Both the position numbers and the translations under genes were made by a program. Positions 1 to 10,441 of a DNA stretch of 64,000 nt are shown piece by piece. Source of the DNA: Candidatus Krumholzibacteriota bacterium (GTDB lineage: Bacteria > Krumholzibacteriota > Krumholzibacteriia > Krumholzibacteriales > Krumholzibacteriaceae); NCBI GenBank assembly GCA_016932415.1, contig JAFGCX010000034.1:9002-73001 (forward strand), in the 5' to 3' direction. Below the pieces are notes generated by a model. That model saw only the letters and a list, made by a program, of their open reading frames with translations. It did no database searches and had not been told where the DNA came from. Numbering within the stretch: position 1 is the first letter of the stretch; every line of letters begins with the position of its first letter.

Positions 1-1
1 C

Positions 2-418
2 TTCTATTCAGTCTATACGCTTTGCGTAATGCCTTTCGGCATGCTATCGGACAGGATAGGGAGAAAACCGGTCATCCTCGCCGGATATTCTGTTTTCGCC
101 CTTACTTCAGCCGGATTGATATTTACTTCCAGTCTCGAAGCGATAGTCGTTTTCTTTATCGTCTACGGATTTTTCTACGCGATGATCGACGGCGTCCAGA
201 GAGCTTACGTGGCTGACCTCGCTCCAGTGGAGTCAAGGGCGACGGCGCTGGGGATCTTCCATGCTTCTATCGGCCTGATAGCTCTTCCCGGCGGATTTCT
301 CGCTGGTTTTATCTGGGACAGAACCGGTCCGGAAGGGACTTTTCTATACGGCCTGATATCGAGCCTCGTGGCGATCATCCTTTTCCTCTTTGTCAGGGAT
401 GAAAAGGAAGTAATCTGA
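2..418 (+). CDS. MFS transporter, C-terminal part (5' truncated by window edge)
   Basis: Frame is open from base 2; motif GMLSDRIGRK, hydrophobic helices, A-x-VADLAP..RATALG. Confidence 0.85.
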   Translation, partial: FYSVYTLCVMPFGMLSDRIGRKPVILAGYSVFALTSAGLIFTSSLEAIVVFFIVYGFFYAMIDGVQRAYVADLAPVESRATALGIFHASIGLIALPGGFLAGFIWDRTGPEGTFLYGLISSLVAIILFLFVRDEKEVI

Positions 419-605
419 AGTCTTCATCAGCTCAGTTTCGCCGATCAGGGACAACGGTCGGATGAATCTCCGCGCCGGAAAAACCGGATGAATTTCATTG
501 AATAAATATATGCCGGATGATATAAAGACACATTGACCGGTTGTCGTGCGGGGGGAGTAAATCAACTGTATCCGTTTATCCGGGGGATGAAGTGGGAGGA
601 AGGAA

Positions 606-1691
606 TTGAAAAAGACGAAATCCAGCGCCAGGGCAAAACAGGGAAAAAGCCCGGTGGAATCTGATAACAGGGAAAAAGCGATAGAGCTCGCTGTCGACCA
701 GATCGAGAAACAGTTCGGACAGGGTTCCATCATGCGGCTCGGAGAAGAAGGCGCTATCGCGGAGATAGAGGCTATTCCTACCGGATCCCTCGCGCTCGAT
801 ATCGCGCTTGGTATCGGGGGAGTGCCCAGGGGAAGGGTCATCGAGATCTACGGGCCTGAGGGCTCGGGGAAAACGACGCTTACCTGTTCGATAATCGCCA
901 ACGCGCAACGCATGGGCGGAGTCGCCGCTTTCATTGACGCCGAACATGCTCTCGATATAGGTTACACGAGGAAGATCGGAGTGGATGTCGATAATCTCCT
1001 CATATCGCAGCCAGATACCGGAGAACAGGCTCTCGAGATCGCAGAAGTCCTGATCCGAAGCAACGCCATAGATGTAGTAGTGATCGATTCGGTCGCTGCT
1101 CTCGTCCCTTCGGCGGAGATCGAAGGCCAGATGGGGGATACGCATGTCGGGTTGCAGGCGAGATTGATGTCCCAGGCGCTCAGGAAGATATCGGGCGCCG
1201 TATCGAAGTCAAACACAACGATGATATTCACCAACCAGATCAGGATGAAGATAGGAGTACTGTTCGGAAATCCTGAGACGACTCCCGGCGGAAACGCGCT
1301 GAAATTCTATTCCACTGTCAGGATGGATATAAGGAGGATCGGCCAGATCAAGGACCGTGACGCGATCATCGGTAATAATACAAGGGTAAAAGTGGTCAAG
1401 AACAAGGTCGCCGCTCCTTTCAGGCAGGCTGAATTCGAGATATTATTCGGCGAAGGAATAAGCTATGAGAGTGATCTTATAGAACTCGGCGTCGCGTCGG
1501 GGATATTGACGAAGATGGGAAGCTGGTATTCCTTCGGGGAGACGAGGTTGGGCCAGGGAAAGGATAATACCAGGATATTCATGAAGGAAAACAGCGATAT
1601 CAAGCGAGAGATAGAGGAGAGTGTATGGGCTCATTACGGCGTCGGACGACCCGGCGGACCGGCAAAACCGGAAGGTGATTCGATCGAATAG
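606..1691 (+). CDS. recA: Recombinase RecA
   Basis: GPEGSGKTT Walker [29 protein letters not shown]; TTG start after GGAGGAAGG. Confidence 0.99.
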   Translation: MKKTKSSARAKQGKSPVESDNREKAIELAVDQIEKQFGQGSIMRLGEEGAIAEIEAIPTGSLALDIALGIGGVPRGRVIEIYGPEGSGKTTLTCSIIANAQRMGGVAAFIDAEHALDIGYTRKIGVDVDNLLISQPDTGEQALEIAEVLIRSNAIDVVVIDSVAALVPSAEIEGQMGDTHVGLQARLMSQALRKISGAVSKSNTTMIFTNQIRMKIGVLFGNPETTPGGNALKFYSTVRMDIRRIGQIKDRDAIIGNNTRVKVVKNKVAAPFRQAEFEILFGEGISYESDLIELGVASGILTKMGSWYSFGETRLGQGKDNTRIFMKENSDIKREIEESVWAHYGVGRPGGPAKPEGDSIE

Positions 1692-2337
1692 AGAGTCCGA
1701 AGAAGTAGTCGATATCCGCAGGAAAACCGGTAAGCTGAGGGTCCTGATCACATCCGCGGAGCACCGGTATCTTATCCTAGATCAGCCCGGAAACGAGGAA
1801 TATTTCGAGAAAGGGGCCGTTCTGGGCCCGAAGCAGCTTGAGGAGCTTGAATCGAGAGTCGCCCGGGAAGCAGGGCTTGTTCTTGCGTATAATCTTCTGT
1901 CAAGACGCGATCGCAGCGTGATGGAGATAGAGAGAGCCCTCGCTGATGAAAATATAGAAAAACGGGAAGTAATCGATTATATTGTTGAAACTCTGCGGCG
2001 TCATGGCTACCTCAATGACCGCCGCCTGGCCTCGGGTTTCGTGGAGTACAGGAAAAAACACAGACCCGCGGGTCCTGGTCTGATCAGGAAGAAATTGAGG
2101 GAAGCGGGGATCGATGAAGAGATCATCGATATGGAAGTCGAGAGGAATTTCCCGGAAAACGAAGAGAAAAAAACAGCTTTCCAGCTTGCGGAGAAGAAAC
2201 TGGCCTCGATGAGGGGTGTTGAAAGGGAAGCTTCTGTTCGACGGTTGAACGGATTTCTGACAAGAAAGGGATTTTCACGATCGGTCATCAATGAGATCTG
2301 CGCCCGCGTTTTGAAAAAAGAGACTTTTGGAGAATAA
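1675..2337 (+). CDS. recX: Regulatory protein RecX (start uncertain)
   Basis: Overlaps the recA 3' end; [20 protein letters not shown]...[10 protein letters not shown] motifs. Confidence 0.9.
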   Translation: MIRSNRESEEVVDIRRKTGKLRVLITSAEHRYLILDQPGNEEYFEKGAVLGPKQLEELESRVAREAGLVLAYNLLSRRDRSVMEIERALADENIEKREVIDYIVETLRRHGYLNDRRLASGFVEYRKKHRPAGPGLIRKKLREAGIDEEIIDMEVERNFPENEEKKTAFQLAEKKLASMRGVEREASVRRLNGFLTRKGFSRSVINEICARVLKKETFGE

Positions 2338-2339
2338 AT

Positions 2340-5021
2340 ATGAACAGTAATGTCAGGACGGCACATCAGATCAGGAAAGCATACGTCGATTTTTTTCTGG
2401 AAAGAGGACATACGAGAGTCCCGGGCGCTCCACTTGTTCCCAAGGGAGACCCCACCCTGCTCTTTACGTCGGCCGGCATGGTCCAGTTCAAGGATTTCTA
2501 TCTTCAACCGGACAACCTTCCCTATACGAGGGCTGTCTCAGTCCAGAAATGCCTGCGTGCCGGGGATCTTGAAAGTGTTGGAAAGACGCTTCGTCATCAT
2601 ACCTTTTTCGAGATGCTGGGAAATTTCAGCTTCGGCGATTATTTCAAGAAAGAAGCGATATCCTGGGCTTGGGAGTTTGTGACGGAGATCCTCCGGATTC
2701 CCGAAGAAAGACTCTATATCAGTATATATGAAGATGATGACGAGGCTTTTGCCCTGTGGAACAAAGATGCCGGAGTACCGGCCGCAAAGATAGTAAGGCT
2801 CGGGAAAAAAGACAACTTCTGGGGCCCTGTCGGCAAGACCGGCGTCTGTGGCCCGTGTTCCGAGATCTATTACGATGCCGGAGAGGAAAAGGGATGCGGC
2901 AGCGATGATTGTGCTCCGGGCTGCGAGTGCGACAGGTATCTTGAATTCTGGAATCTTGTCTTTCCGCAGTTTTTCCTTGAAGAGGACGGGAATCTCCGGC
3001 CGCTGGAAAAACCGGGGATAGATACCGGGGCGGGACTTGAACGGATTGCGATGATCATGCAGGGAGTCGAGGATAATTTCCATACTGACCTGTTCGCTCC
3101 GATCACGAGAGCTGTGGTCGAAAGGCTTCCGGAAGGAAGCGTGGCCTGTCCCGAAGATATGATGGATATAAATATGATCGCCGATCATGCCAGGGCCCTG
3201 ACATTCACTATAGCGGAGGGTATATACCCGGCAAACGAGGGACGGGGATATCTCCTGCGAAGAATACTCAGGCGAGCCCTGACCAGGCTGCATCTTTTCG
3301 GAGTAAACGAACCTTTCCTCAACGGGCTTGTCGGGGATATCATTTCGGTGATGAGGGATGATTACCCCGATCTTCAGCAACACTGCGGTGATATTGAAAA
3401 GATAGTGAGATCTGAAGAAGAAAGCTTCTTCAGGACGCTGGAGGATGGCCGGGGAAGATTCAGCTCCATTGTCCTCGAGGTGTCTTCAGAAGGCAGCAGG
3501 GTGATAGACGGACAGCGAGCTTTTCTTCTCTACGATACGTATGGATTTCCCCTCGAGTTGACTGTCGCGCTGGCTGCAAGGGAGGGGATGACGGTCGATG
3601 AGGAAGGATTTTCGGCGGCAATGAATGAGCAGAGAAAAAGAGCTCAGAAAAGCAGCAGTTTTTCATCCGGGGAATCGGTCATCGTGACGATGACGAATGT
3701 TTCGGAAGGAGAAACTTCGGTTTTTACGGGATACGAAAAGACTGAAGAGGAAGCGGCAGTAAGATCTTTCCGTGAGATCGAAAAAAAGGAACGCGCCGAT
3801 ATAACCTGGTCGGATATTTCAGGAAAGGGTTGGGAAATCGTCTTCGACAGGACCCCTTTCTACGCGACATCGGGAGGCCAGATGGCCGATCGCGGAACTG
3901 TCGGGATCGCCGGGCATACTCTTGAAGTGATGGATGTCTTTAAACGGGGCGGAGAAATAATTCATCTGGTCGAGTCCCCCAGGAAAGGATTTGACCTGGC
4001 GAAGGACCTTGAAAAGGGCCACGGCGCCAGGCTGATGATCGATCTGTCCTGGAGAAAAGCGACAGAAGGAAATCATACAACGACTCACCTGCTTCACGCC
4101 GCCTTGAAGAAAATCGTCGGAACCCATGTCGCCCAGGCCGGATCGAGCGTTGACGGGGAGAGGCTGAGATTCGATTTCAGCCACTACCGACCTTTGACAA
4201 GCGAAGAAAAACGTTCTGTCGAGAAGACGGTCAACAGGTGGATCTCTGAAGCTCACCAGGTAAGGACCGAAATAATGTCGTATCAGGAAGCCCTGAAGAG
4301 CGATGTAGTCGCGTTGTTCGACGAAAAATACGGAGATACGGTGAGAGTCGTAAGGACAGGTGATATCTCGGCAGAACTCTGCGGTGGGACTCATATCGAC
4401 AACACTGGCCGAATAGGGTTGTTTCTCATACTTTCCGAGAGCAGCGTCGCGGCAGGCGTAAGAAGGATAGAAGGAGTCACTGGAGAGGCCGCCATAAGAT
4501 ATATGCATGAGGTTTTCGATCGCGATGAGTCTGTCGCGGGGTTGTTAAAGGTCTCTCCTTCTGATATGATGGCAAGGGTCTCTTCGATCCTTTCCGAGAT
4601 CGATGAGATGAAAAGGGAGATAAAGAAACTTCAGAGCGGCGAAACGGGCGGAGAGATGGAAAAGATAATCCAGTCGGCTGCCGTTGTTGAAGGGATCCGT
4701 ATCGCGTCGGGAAGGATCAATGTCAGGGAGAGCGGGGACCTCAGGAACCAGGCTGATATATTCAGAAGCAGGGTCGCGTCCGGCGTCGGGGTGTTTTCAT
4801 GCCCCCAGAAGGGGAAGATGCAGTTCGTGATCACCGTTACCGACGATCTTCTGAAGAAGGGGATCGAGGCTGGACTTCTTGTTCAGGCGCTCGGAGAGAT
4901 CGCGGGCGGTGGCGGAGGTGGGAAGAAACACCTCGCCCAGCTGGGAACGAAAGAGATGGAGAGCGAAAAAAAGGTTTTTGAAGCACTCCCCGGGGTTGTT
5001 AAAAAACTGCTTTCAGATTAA
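2340..5021 (+). CDS. alaS: Alanine--tRNA ligase
   Basis: DPTLLFTSAGM, HHTFFEMLGNFSFGDYFK, editing motifs NHTTTHLLH and ELCGGTH, C-terminal GGGGG. Confidence 0.99.
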   Translation: MNSNVRTAHQIRKAYVDFFLERGHTRVPGAPLVPKGDPTLLFTSAGMVQFKDFYLQPDNLPYTRAVSVQKCLRAGDLESVGKTLRHHTFFEMLGNFSFGDYFKKEAISWAWEFVTEILRIPEERLYISIYEDDDEAFALWNKDAGVPAAKIVRLGKKDNFWGPVGKTGVCGPCSEIYYDAGEEKGCGSDDCAPGCECDRYLEFWNLVFPQFFLEEDGNLRPLEKPGIDTGAGLERIAMIMQGVEDNFHTDLFAPITRAVVERLPEGSVACPEDMMDINMIADHARALTFTIAEGIYPANEGRGYLLRRILRRALTRLHLFGVNEPFLNGLVGDIISVMRDDYPDLQQHCGDIEKIVRSEEESFFRTLEDGRGRFSSIVLEVSSEGSRVIDGQRAFLLYDTYGFPLELTVALAAREGMTVDEEGFSAAMNEQRKRAQKSSSFSSGESVIVTMTNVSEGETSVFTGYEKTEEEAAVRSFREIEKKERADITWSDISGKGWEIVFDRTPFYATSGGQMADRGTVGIAGHTLEVMDVFKRGGEIIHLVESPRKGFDLAKDLEKGHGARLMIDLSWRKATEGNHTTTHLLHAALKKIVGTHVAQAGSSVDGERLRFDFSHYRPLTSEEKRSVEKTVNRWISEAHQVRTEIMSYQEALKSDVVALFDEKYGDTVRVVRTGDISAELCGGTHIDNTGRIGLFLILSESSVAAGVRRIEGVTGEAAIRYMHEVFDRDESVAGLLKVSPSDMMARVSSILSEIDEMKREIKKLQSGETGGEMEKIIQSAAVVEGIRIASGRINVRESGDLRNQADIFRSRVASGVGVFSCPQKGKMQFVITVTDDLLKKGIEAGLLVQALGEIAGGGGGGKKHLAQLGTKEMESEKKVFEALPGVVKKLLSD

Positions 5022-5031
5022 GGAAAAAATC

Positions 5032-6498
5032 ATGCGTTATCTGAATCGATATCCCGTTCTGTTTTTAATACTGGTACTGTTGATACCTTCCGTTCCGGCA
5101 TCGACACAGATAACCGGAAAGAATCTTCTGGCGGAATCAACGGGGAACGTGGCGGGAGAAGATGGCCGCGACCAGACGGGTAACCAGGCTCTCGTGTCAC
5201 AGCAGTATCTCGAAAAAGCGATCGATCCCGATGAATACGTACTCGGTCCGAATGATATGATCATTATCAACCTGGTCGGTCCCGATCAAAGATTTTTCAG
5301 GCTTTCGGTCCTGCCGGAAGGATATGTCTTCATTCCCGGGATAGGCGCGCTTGGCGCGGATGGCCTGACGCTGACCGATTTTCGTAAAAAACTCGAAGCC
5401 GAAGCGGACCGTTATTTTCACAATATAAGTGTCTTCTGTTATCTTCTTGTCCCACGGAGATTCAGAGTCTTCGTCACAGGTGAAGTCGGAAAACCTGGAG
5501 CCGTGGAGATCTCGGCAGTGGAAAGAGTATCCGACGCGGTGGAAAAAGCCGGCAGCATACTTACTGATGGGTCCAACAGAGAAGTGATCCTCGAGAGGGA
5601 AGGCAGGAAGATCAAAGTCGATGTCCTGAGGTTCCTGATGATGGGCGAATTTAAAAGCAACCCGTTTCTTTCAAATGGAGACAGGATCCATGTGCCGGTG
5701 GCAAAGAGCCATGTCGTGATCAGGGGAAGCGTCAAAAAACCCGGTGTTTATGAACTTGTCACCGGTGAAACCGTAGACGATATGATAGCACTCGCCGGTG
5801 GCCTTTCGGGAGAGGCCGTCTCAGACACGATCCTTCTCAGCAGGGTCATGGAGGATGGGACTGTTTCCACCTTTGCCATCCCAGAATCGGAATTCGACGA
5901 TGCCCTGCTCCGGGACAGAGATGAGATCAATGTGATGGACGGGATGATCGGGACCAGCCGGGTATATGTCTTTGGAGCCACGACAAAGACCGGTCATTAT
6001 TTTATTACCGAAGGAGAGAGGCTGGCCGAACTGGTAGGCAGGATCGGCAGATTTGACGCTGATGCCGATCTTGGAGCGGCGTCGATCGAACGAAGCGATG
6101 GCGAGATAATAAGGCTGGACCTTAAGGAATATATTCCACCTTCCTCAAAGACGGGAATATCCCTAAGAGATGGAGATATGCTTCACATCCCGAAGATCAG
6201 TATGATGGTCGCAGTGGGAGGCGAGGTACAGTTACCGGGGAGATTCCCCTATGAAGGGGACTGGACAGTCGCTCAGTATGTCGGTCTGGCCGGTGGGCCG
6301 ACGGGGAACGGCAGCATCGACAGGGTCGTGATATATTCACCCGACGGTCGATCGAGAGCCGGGGACAGGAACACCCGCCCGAACAGGGGCGACATAATAA
6401 TCGTGAAACGATCGAAATCAAGCATATTCGGCGGATTCTTCGATATGTTCGTCAGAGTCGGTACCGTCGTCGTGACGATGATAGTATTGACAAGATGA
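5032..6498 (+). CDS. SLBB-domain polysaccharide export protein (Wza/KpsD-like)
   Basis: Signal-like N-terminus; YVLGPND Poly_export motif; repeated V.V.GEV..PG / AGG SLBB repeats. Confidence 0.85.
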   Translation: MRYLNRYPVLFLILVLLIPSVPASTQITGKNLLAESTGNVAGEDGRDQTGNQALVSQQYLEKAIDPDEYVLGPNDMIIINLVGPDQRFFRLSVLPEGYVFIPGIGALGADGLTLTDFRKKLEAEADRYFHNISVFCYLLVPRRFRVFVTGEVGKPGAVEISAVERVSDAVEKAGSILTDGSNREVILEREGRKIKVDVLRFLMMGEFKSNPFLSNGDRIHVPVAKSHVVIRGSVKKPGVYELVTGETVDDMIALAGGLSGEAVSDTILLSRVMEDGTVSTFAIPESEFDDALLRDRDEINVMDGMIGTSRVYVFGATTKTGHYFITEGERLAELVGRIGRFDADADLGAASIERSDGEIIRLDLKEYIPPSSKTGISLRDGDMLHIPKISMMVAVGGEVQLPGRFPYEGDWTVAQYVGLAGGPTGNGSIDRVVIYSPDGRSRAGDRNTRPNRGDIIIVKRSKSSIFGGFFDMFVRVGTVVVTMIVLTR

Positions 6499-6529
6499 AT
6501 TAACCAGTAGGGAGAAACGGTTTATCTGA

Positions 6530-7129
6530 ATGGATGATAATTATTTGAAACAGGTCGTCTTGGAGCTTGACGCTCTGAGAGGGATTCTTGAAGAGTTTCC
6601 CGAAGAGGAAAAGAAAAAAATAGTGAGCATGGCTGAAGTAATGGCTGGCGCGATAAGCAGGGAAAAGGTCGTTTTTACAGCGGGAAACGGAGGCAGCGCT
6701 GCCGATGCGATGCATATTGCGGGAGAACTGGTAGGAAGGTTCCGTAGAAAGAAGATCAAGGGGTATAAGGCTATTTCGCTGACGGTCAATTCATCTGTCG
6801 TCACGGCTCTGGCCAATGATTATTCATATGACGATGTCTTTTCCAAGCAACTGGAGAGTATGGGAAGCGAGGGGGATGTGCTTCTTCTGCTCTCGACCAG
6901 CGGTAATTCTCCAAACGCGGTGAAAGCAGTGGAGATGGCTGACACGCTCGGTATGGTATCGCTTGCCTTCACCGGCGGAGACGGTGGAGTTCTGGCGAAG
7001 ATCTCAAAGATCGCGCTGACCGTACCGGATAACGATTTTGCCAGGATTCAGGAAGTGCACATGGTCGCCGGACATATTCTTTGCGGGCTTGTCGAGGATA
7101 TGCTGGTAAACGGAAAAAACGCGCGATGA
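6530..7129 (+). CDS. gmhA: Phosphoheptose isomerase
   Basis: GNGGSAADA.H, ANDYSYDDVFS.Q, STSGNSPN, RIQEVH. Confidence 0.93.
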   Translation: MDDNYLKQVVLELDALRGILEEFPEEEKKKIVSMAEVMAGAISREKVVFTAGNGGSAADAMHIAGELVGRFRRKKIKGYKAISLTVNSSVVTALANDYSYDDVFSKQLESMGSEGDVLLLLSTSGNSPNAVKAVEMADTLGMVSLAFTGGDGGVLAKISKIALTVPDNDFARIQEVHMVAGHILCGLVEDMLVNGKNAR

Positions 7130-7136
7130 GGGTAGT

Positions 7137-8027
7137 ATGAGAACTGTCTGGAATATTATAATTACGATAAGGCCGAAGCAGTGGACTAAAAACCTTCTTC
7201 TCTTTGCCGGCGTCCTCTTCTCAAAATCGTTCACCGATCTTTCCCTCGTATGGAAAAGTTTCACCGGTTTTATGATCTTCTGCGCCCTTTCGGGAGCGAT
7301 CTATATAATCAACGATATCTTCGATCATGACAGGGACAGGGAGCATCCTTCAAAAAAGACCAGGCCGATAGCCTCGGGAGCGCTGGGCCGCGCGACAGCC
7401 TCTTTGACGGCGGCCCTGATGATCTCGGTAGCGCTCCCTTTGTCGTGGATGCTCGGGTTCGAATTTTTCATTTACGCGGTCGGTTTTGTCCTTGTCAACG
7501 GCCTTTATTCTATCTTGTTAAGGGATGTCGTAATACTTGACGTGATAGCGATCAGTTTCAGTTTTCTTATCAGGGCGGGAGCGGGAGTAGTAGTCCTTCA
7601 TACTGCCATACCAGACCTGGAGTTTTCTCCCTGGCTGTGGATATGTACTCTTTTCCTCTCTCTTTTTCTGGCCATCTGCAAGAGACTCAATGAATTCTCG
7701 AATCTGACCAGCGCGGGCGAGCACAGGCGTTCGTTGAAGGAATATTCCGGACAATTGCTTGACCAGCTCGTCGGGATGTCAGCCACGGCGGCGATGATGT
7801 CTTATTCGATATACACTGTGTGGCCATCCACGGTCTCCAAATTCGGTACTAGAAATCTAGTCTATACGATCCCATTTGTCGTGTTCGGAATAATGCGGTA
7901 CCTCTTTCTTGTCTACAACCGGCACGAGGGAGGTGATCCGTCGGGAGTTCTTCTGACGGAAAAAGCTATAATAATAGATGTTTTTTTATGGTTTGTTACG
8001 ACCCTTGTAATAATCGTGATGGCCTAG
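7137..8027 (+). CDS. UbiA-family polyprenyl-phosphate phosphoribosyltransferase (DPPR-synthase-like)
   Basis: RPKQWTKNLL, YIINDIFD...DREHP.K..RPIASG, HRRSL.EYS, TIPFV.FG..RY; multi-TM. Confidence 0.85.
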   Translation: MRTVWNIIITIRPKQWTKNLLLFAGVLFSKSFTDLSLVWKSFTGFMIFCALSGAIYIINDIFDHDRDREHPSKKTRPIASGALGRATASLTAALMISVALPLSWMLGFEFFIYAVGFVLVNGLYSILLRDVVILDVIAISFSFLIRAGAGVVVLHTAIPDLEFSPWLWICTLFLSLFLAICKRLNEFSNLTSAGEHRRSLKEYSGQLLDQLVGMSATAAMMSYSIYTVWPSTVSKFGTRNLVYTIPFVVFGIMRYLFLVYNRHEGGDPSGVLLTEKAIIIDVFLWFVTTLVIIVMA

Positions 8028-8075
8028 GAAATATCTGAATCGCTTTAAAGATCGATATTAAAGGAGGTTGACGCG

Positions 8076-9152
8076 ATGGCATCGAAGGTCGCGATTCTAA
8101 AGACTGCTCCGGAAACGGTAGTTGACGATTATCATCGCGTGATGGAACTGGCCGATGCCGGAAAATTCCTTTCAGCCGAAAGAGACCTGCTGATAAAACT
8201 CAATCTGTCCTGGACAAAATATTATCCGGCCTGTTCCAGCCAGCCGTGGCAGCTCGACGGAGTTCTTGGCGATCTTTTCAAGAGGGGATACCGAAAGGAG
8301 CAGATCCACCCGATCGAAAACAAGACGGTGGTGACCAATCCGGGAAAAGGCGCGATCAATAATCTGTGGATGCCGATCCTGGAAAAGAACGGACTCCCCT
8401 TTATCGCTCTTCCCGGCGTCGAATGGGTAAGGTACGAGTTTAAATCCGAATTGCTGAAATTGAACGAGATCTTTCCCGATGGGATAATCATCCCGAAAAT
8501 GTTTGAAGGAAAGGATATCATCCACCTCCCGACCGTAAAGACGCACGGGCATTCCACGACGACCGGAGCGATAAAGAACTCATTCGGAGGCCTTCTTAAG
8601 GAAGTCAGGCATTACGCCCATAAATATATGCATGAAGTCCTTGTCGACCTTATGATGATGCAGAAAGAACTTCACCCGAATATCTTTGCAGTAATGGACG
8701 GGACTGTATGCGGCGATGGAGCAGGTCCCAGGACGATGGATCTTTTTGAGGGAAATATCATCCTGGCCAGCGGAGATTCGGTCGCGATCGACGCGGTCGC
8801 GGCAAAGATCATGGGTTTCGATCCGATGTCAATCGATTATATACGCTGGGCGACAGAGCGGGGTCTCGGAGAGGGCCGGATCGAGAATATCGAGATCGCC
8901 GGCGAGGACATAGGCCTGCTCAATTTTCATTTCCGGACAAAGAAGAGTTTTGTGATCTGGGGCGACCAGATGCTTCGGAAAGGAAAACTGAGATTCCTCG
9001 AGAAGATCTTCCTGCATTCTCCTCTCGTAGTGTGGGCCCCTATGGCCAGTAATATCTACCACGATTTTTTCTGGTATCCGACGATCGGACGGAGCAAGAT
9101 AAGACAATTCGACAGGACAAAATGGGGCGATCTCTGGAAGACCTACAGGTGA
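8076..9152 (+). CDS. DUF362 domain protein
   Basis: K.N.SW..YP, LPTVKTH.H...TGAIKN.FGG, VMDGTVCGDGAGP, D.VAIDAVAAKIMGFDP; SD AAGGAGG. Confidence 0.8.
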   Translation: MASKVAILKTAPETVVDDYHRVMELADAGKFLSAERDLLIKLNLSWTKYYPACSSQPWQLDGVLGDLFKRGYRKEQIHPIENKTVVTNPGKGAINNLWMPILEKNGLPFIALPGVEWVRYEFKSELLKLNEIFPDGIIIPKMFEGKDIIHLPTVKTHGHSTTTGAIKNSFGGLLKEVRHYAHKYMHEVLVDLMMMQKELHPNIFAVMDGTVCGDGAGPRTMDLFEGNIILASGDSVAIDAVAAKIMGFDPMSIDYIRWATERGLGEGRIENIEIAGEDIGLLNFHFRTKKSFVIWGDQMLRKGKLRFLEKIFLHSPLVVWAPMASNIYHDFFWYPTIGRSKIRQFDRTKWGDLWKTYR

Positions 9153-9207
9153 CCGGCTGTCATCGGGAAAGAGGACAGTTGTCTTCCGGCCCCGGGGAGG
9201 TGCTGTG

Positions 9208-10098
9208 ATGAGTTCTGACGGGGTCTGCTCTGTGCTCGCTTCGGCGAAAATAAATCTATACCTTGAAGTGCTCGGCAGGCGCAATGACGGGTTTCACGAT
9301 ATCCTCACTTTTTTTCAGCCGGTTTCCCTTTATGACAGGTTGCGGTTCATAAAAGGGGAAGACAGGATAATCCTCAAAGGAGATGATGAATCGATTCCCT
9401 GGGACGAGAGTAATCTCTGCTGGAAAGCGGCCCGGGCGATCTTTAATAAGGCGGGATATAAGGGTGGCGTGAAGATAGAAGTGAGAAAATCGATTCCATC
9501 CGGTGCCGGCCTCGGTGGAGGCAGCAGTGACGCCGCGGCGGTTCTTTCAGGTCTTAACGAGATATTTCAATTCGGATTCGGTCATCAGGAGTTGCATCGT
9601 ATAGCATATGGTCTCGGGTCGGATGTGCCGTTTTTTCTCGGTGGCGGAGCGGCTGTGGGCAGGGGAAGGGGGGAGATCCTCGAGGCGAGGGAAGGCCTGG
9701 CGGGAGGCTGGATCATTATAGTCAAACCGCCAGTATCGGTTTCCACGCGATGGGCTTATGAAAACATTAAAATACTATTGACAAGGAAAGATGGGGAAGA
9801 TAGACTGAACCATCTGTTGGAGGGATTGAGAGAATTTCCGGATGCTGTTCGCGATACGGTCAACAGCTTTGAGGACCCTGTCGTGTCAAAGTACCCGGAG
9901 ATCGGTTCAATACTGAAGCTGTTAAAGGATGAAGGAGCAGTCCTGAGTGCGTTAAGCGGGAGCGGGGCTGCCTGTTTTGGTCTGTTCAGCGATGAAAGCA
10001 GAGTCAGGGAAGTAGAGTGCCTTTTGTTGGGAAAAGGTTACTTTGCAAAGATTACGCAACCTGTGGAGAAGACATTAAGACTCCTTGGAGAGGAGTAG
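9208..10098 (+). CDS. ispE: 4-diphosphocytidyl-2C-methyl-D-erythritol kinase
   Basis: AKINLYL.V.G.R.DGFH, KSIP.GAGLGGGSSDAAA, LGSDVPFF, LSGSG. Confidence 0.96.
   Translation: MSSDGVCSVLASAKINLYLEVLGRRNDGFHDILTFFQPVSLYDRLRFIKGEDRIILKGDDESIPWDESNLCWKAARAIFNKAGYKGGVKIEVRKSIPSGAGLGGGSSDAAAVLSGLNEIFQFGFGHQELHRIAYGLGSDVPFFLGGGAAVGRGRGEILEAREGLAGGWIIIVKPPVSVSTRWAYENIKILLTRKDGEDRLNHLLEGLREFPDAVRDTVNSFEDPVVSKYPEIGSILKLLKDEGAVLSALSGSGAACFGLFSDESRVREVECLLLGKGYFAKITQPVEKTLRLLGEE
9778..9806 (+). promoter_or_regulatory. sigma70-type promoter internal to ispE
   Basis: TTGACA (9778-9783)-N17-TAGACT (9801-9806), preceded by an AT-rich tract. Confidence 0.6.
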
Positions 10099-10121
10099 AA
10101 AAGGAAATTCAGGGGGGCCAC

Positions 10122-10415
10122 ATGGATATCACCGAGATTAGGGTATCGTTGCGTGACGACAATAAGTTGAAAGCCTTTGCCAGTATTACGCTGGATAATT
10201 GTTTTGTCATCAGGGGCCTGAAGATTATCGAAGGGGCCAAGGGTGTATTTGTCGCCATGCCTAGCAGGAAACGTCCTGACGGGACTTACCAGGATGTAGC
10301 CCATCCGATCAATAATCAGACGAGAGACTGGATGGAGGAACAGATCGTCGAAGCGTATGAACGGGAAGTCGCTAAAGTCCAGGCAGAGGCCGGACTGGAG
10401 GTCTCTGAACCGTAA
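10122..10415 (+). CDS. spoVG: SpoVG family nucleic-acid-binding protein
   Basis: MDITEIRV..LKAFASIT.DNCFVI.G.KIIEG..G.FVAMPSRK..DG.Y.D.AHPIN. Confidence 0.95.
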   Translation: MDITEIRVSLRDDNKLKAFASITLDNCFVIRGLKIIEGAKGVFVAMPSRKRPDGTYQDVAHPINNQTRDWMEEQIVEAYEREVAKVQAEAGLEVSEP

Positions 10416-10441
10416 CAAAGTTATAGATCAATCCGGATTTT

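Noticed and set aside
9150-9218. Selenocysteine read-through of TGA-terminated genes such as DUF362
   Set aside because: TGA-ended proteins appear complete, the downstream in-frame sequence is short and motif-free, and no SECIS-like hairpin was recognised.
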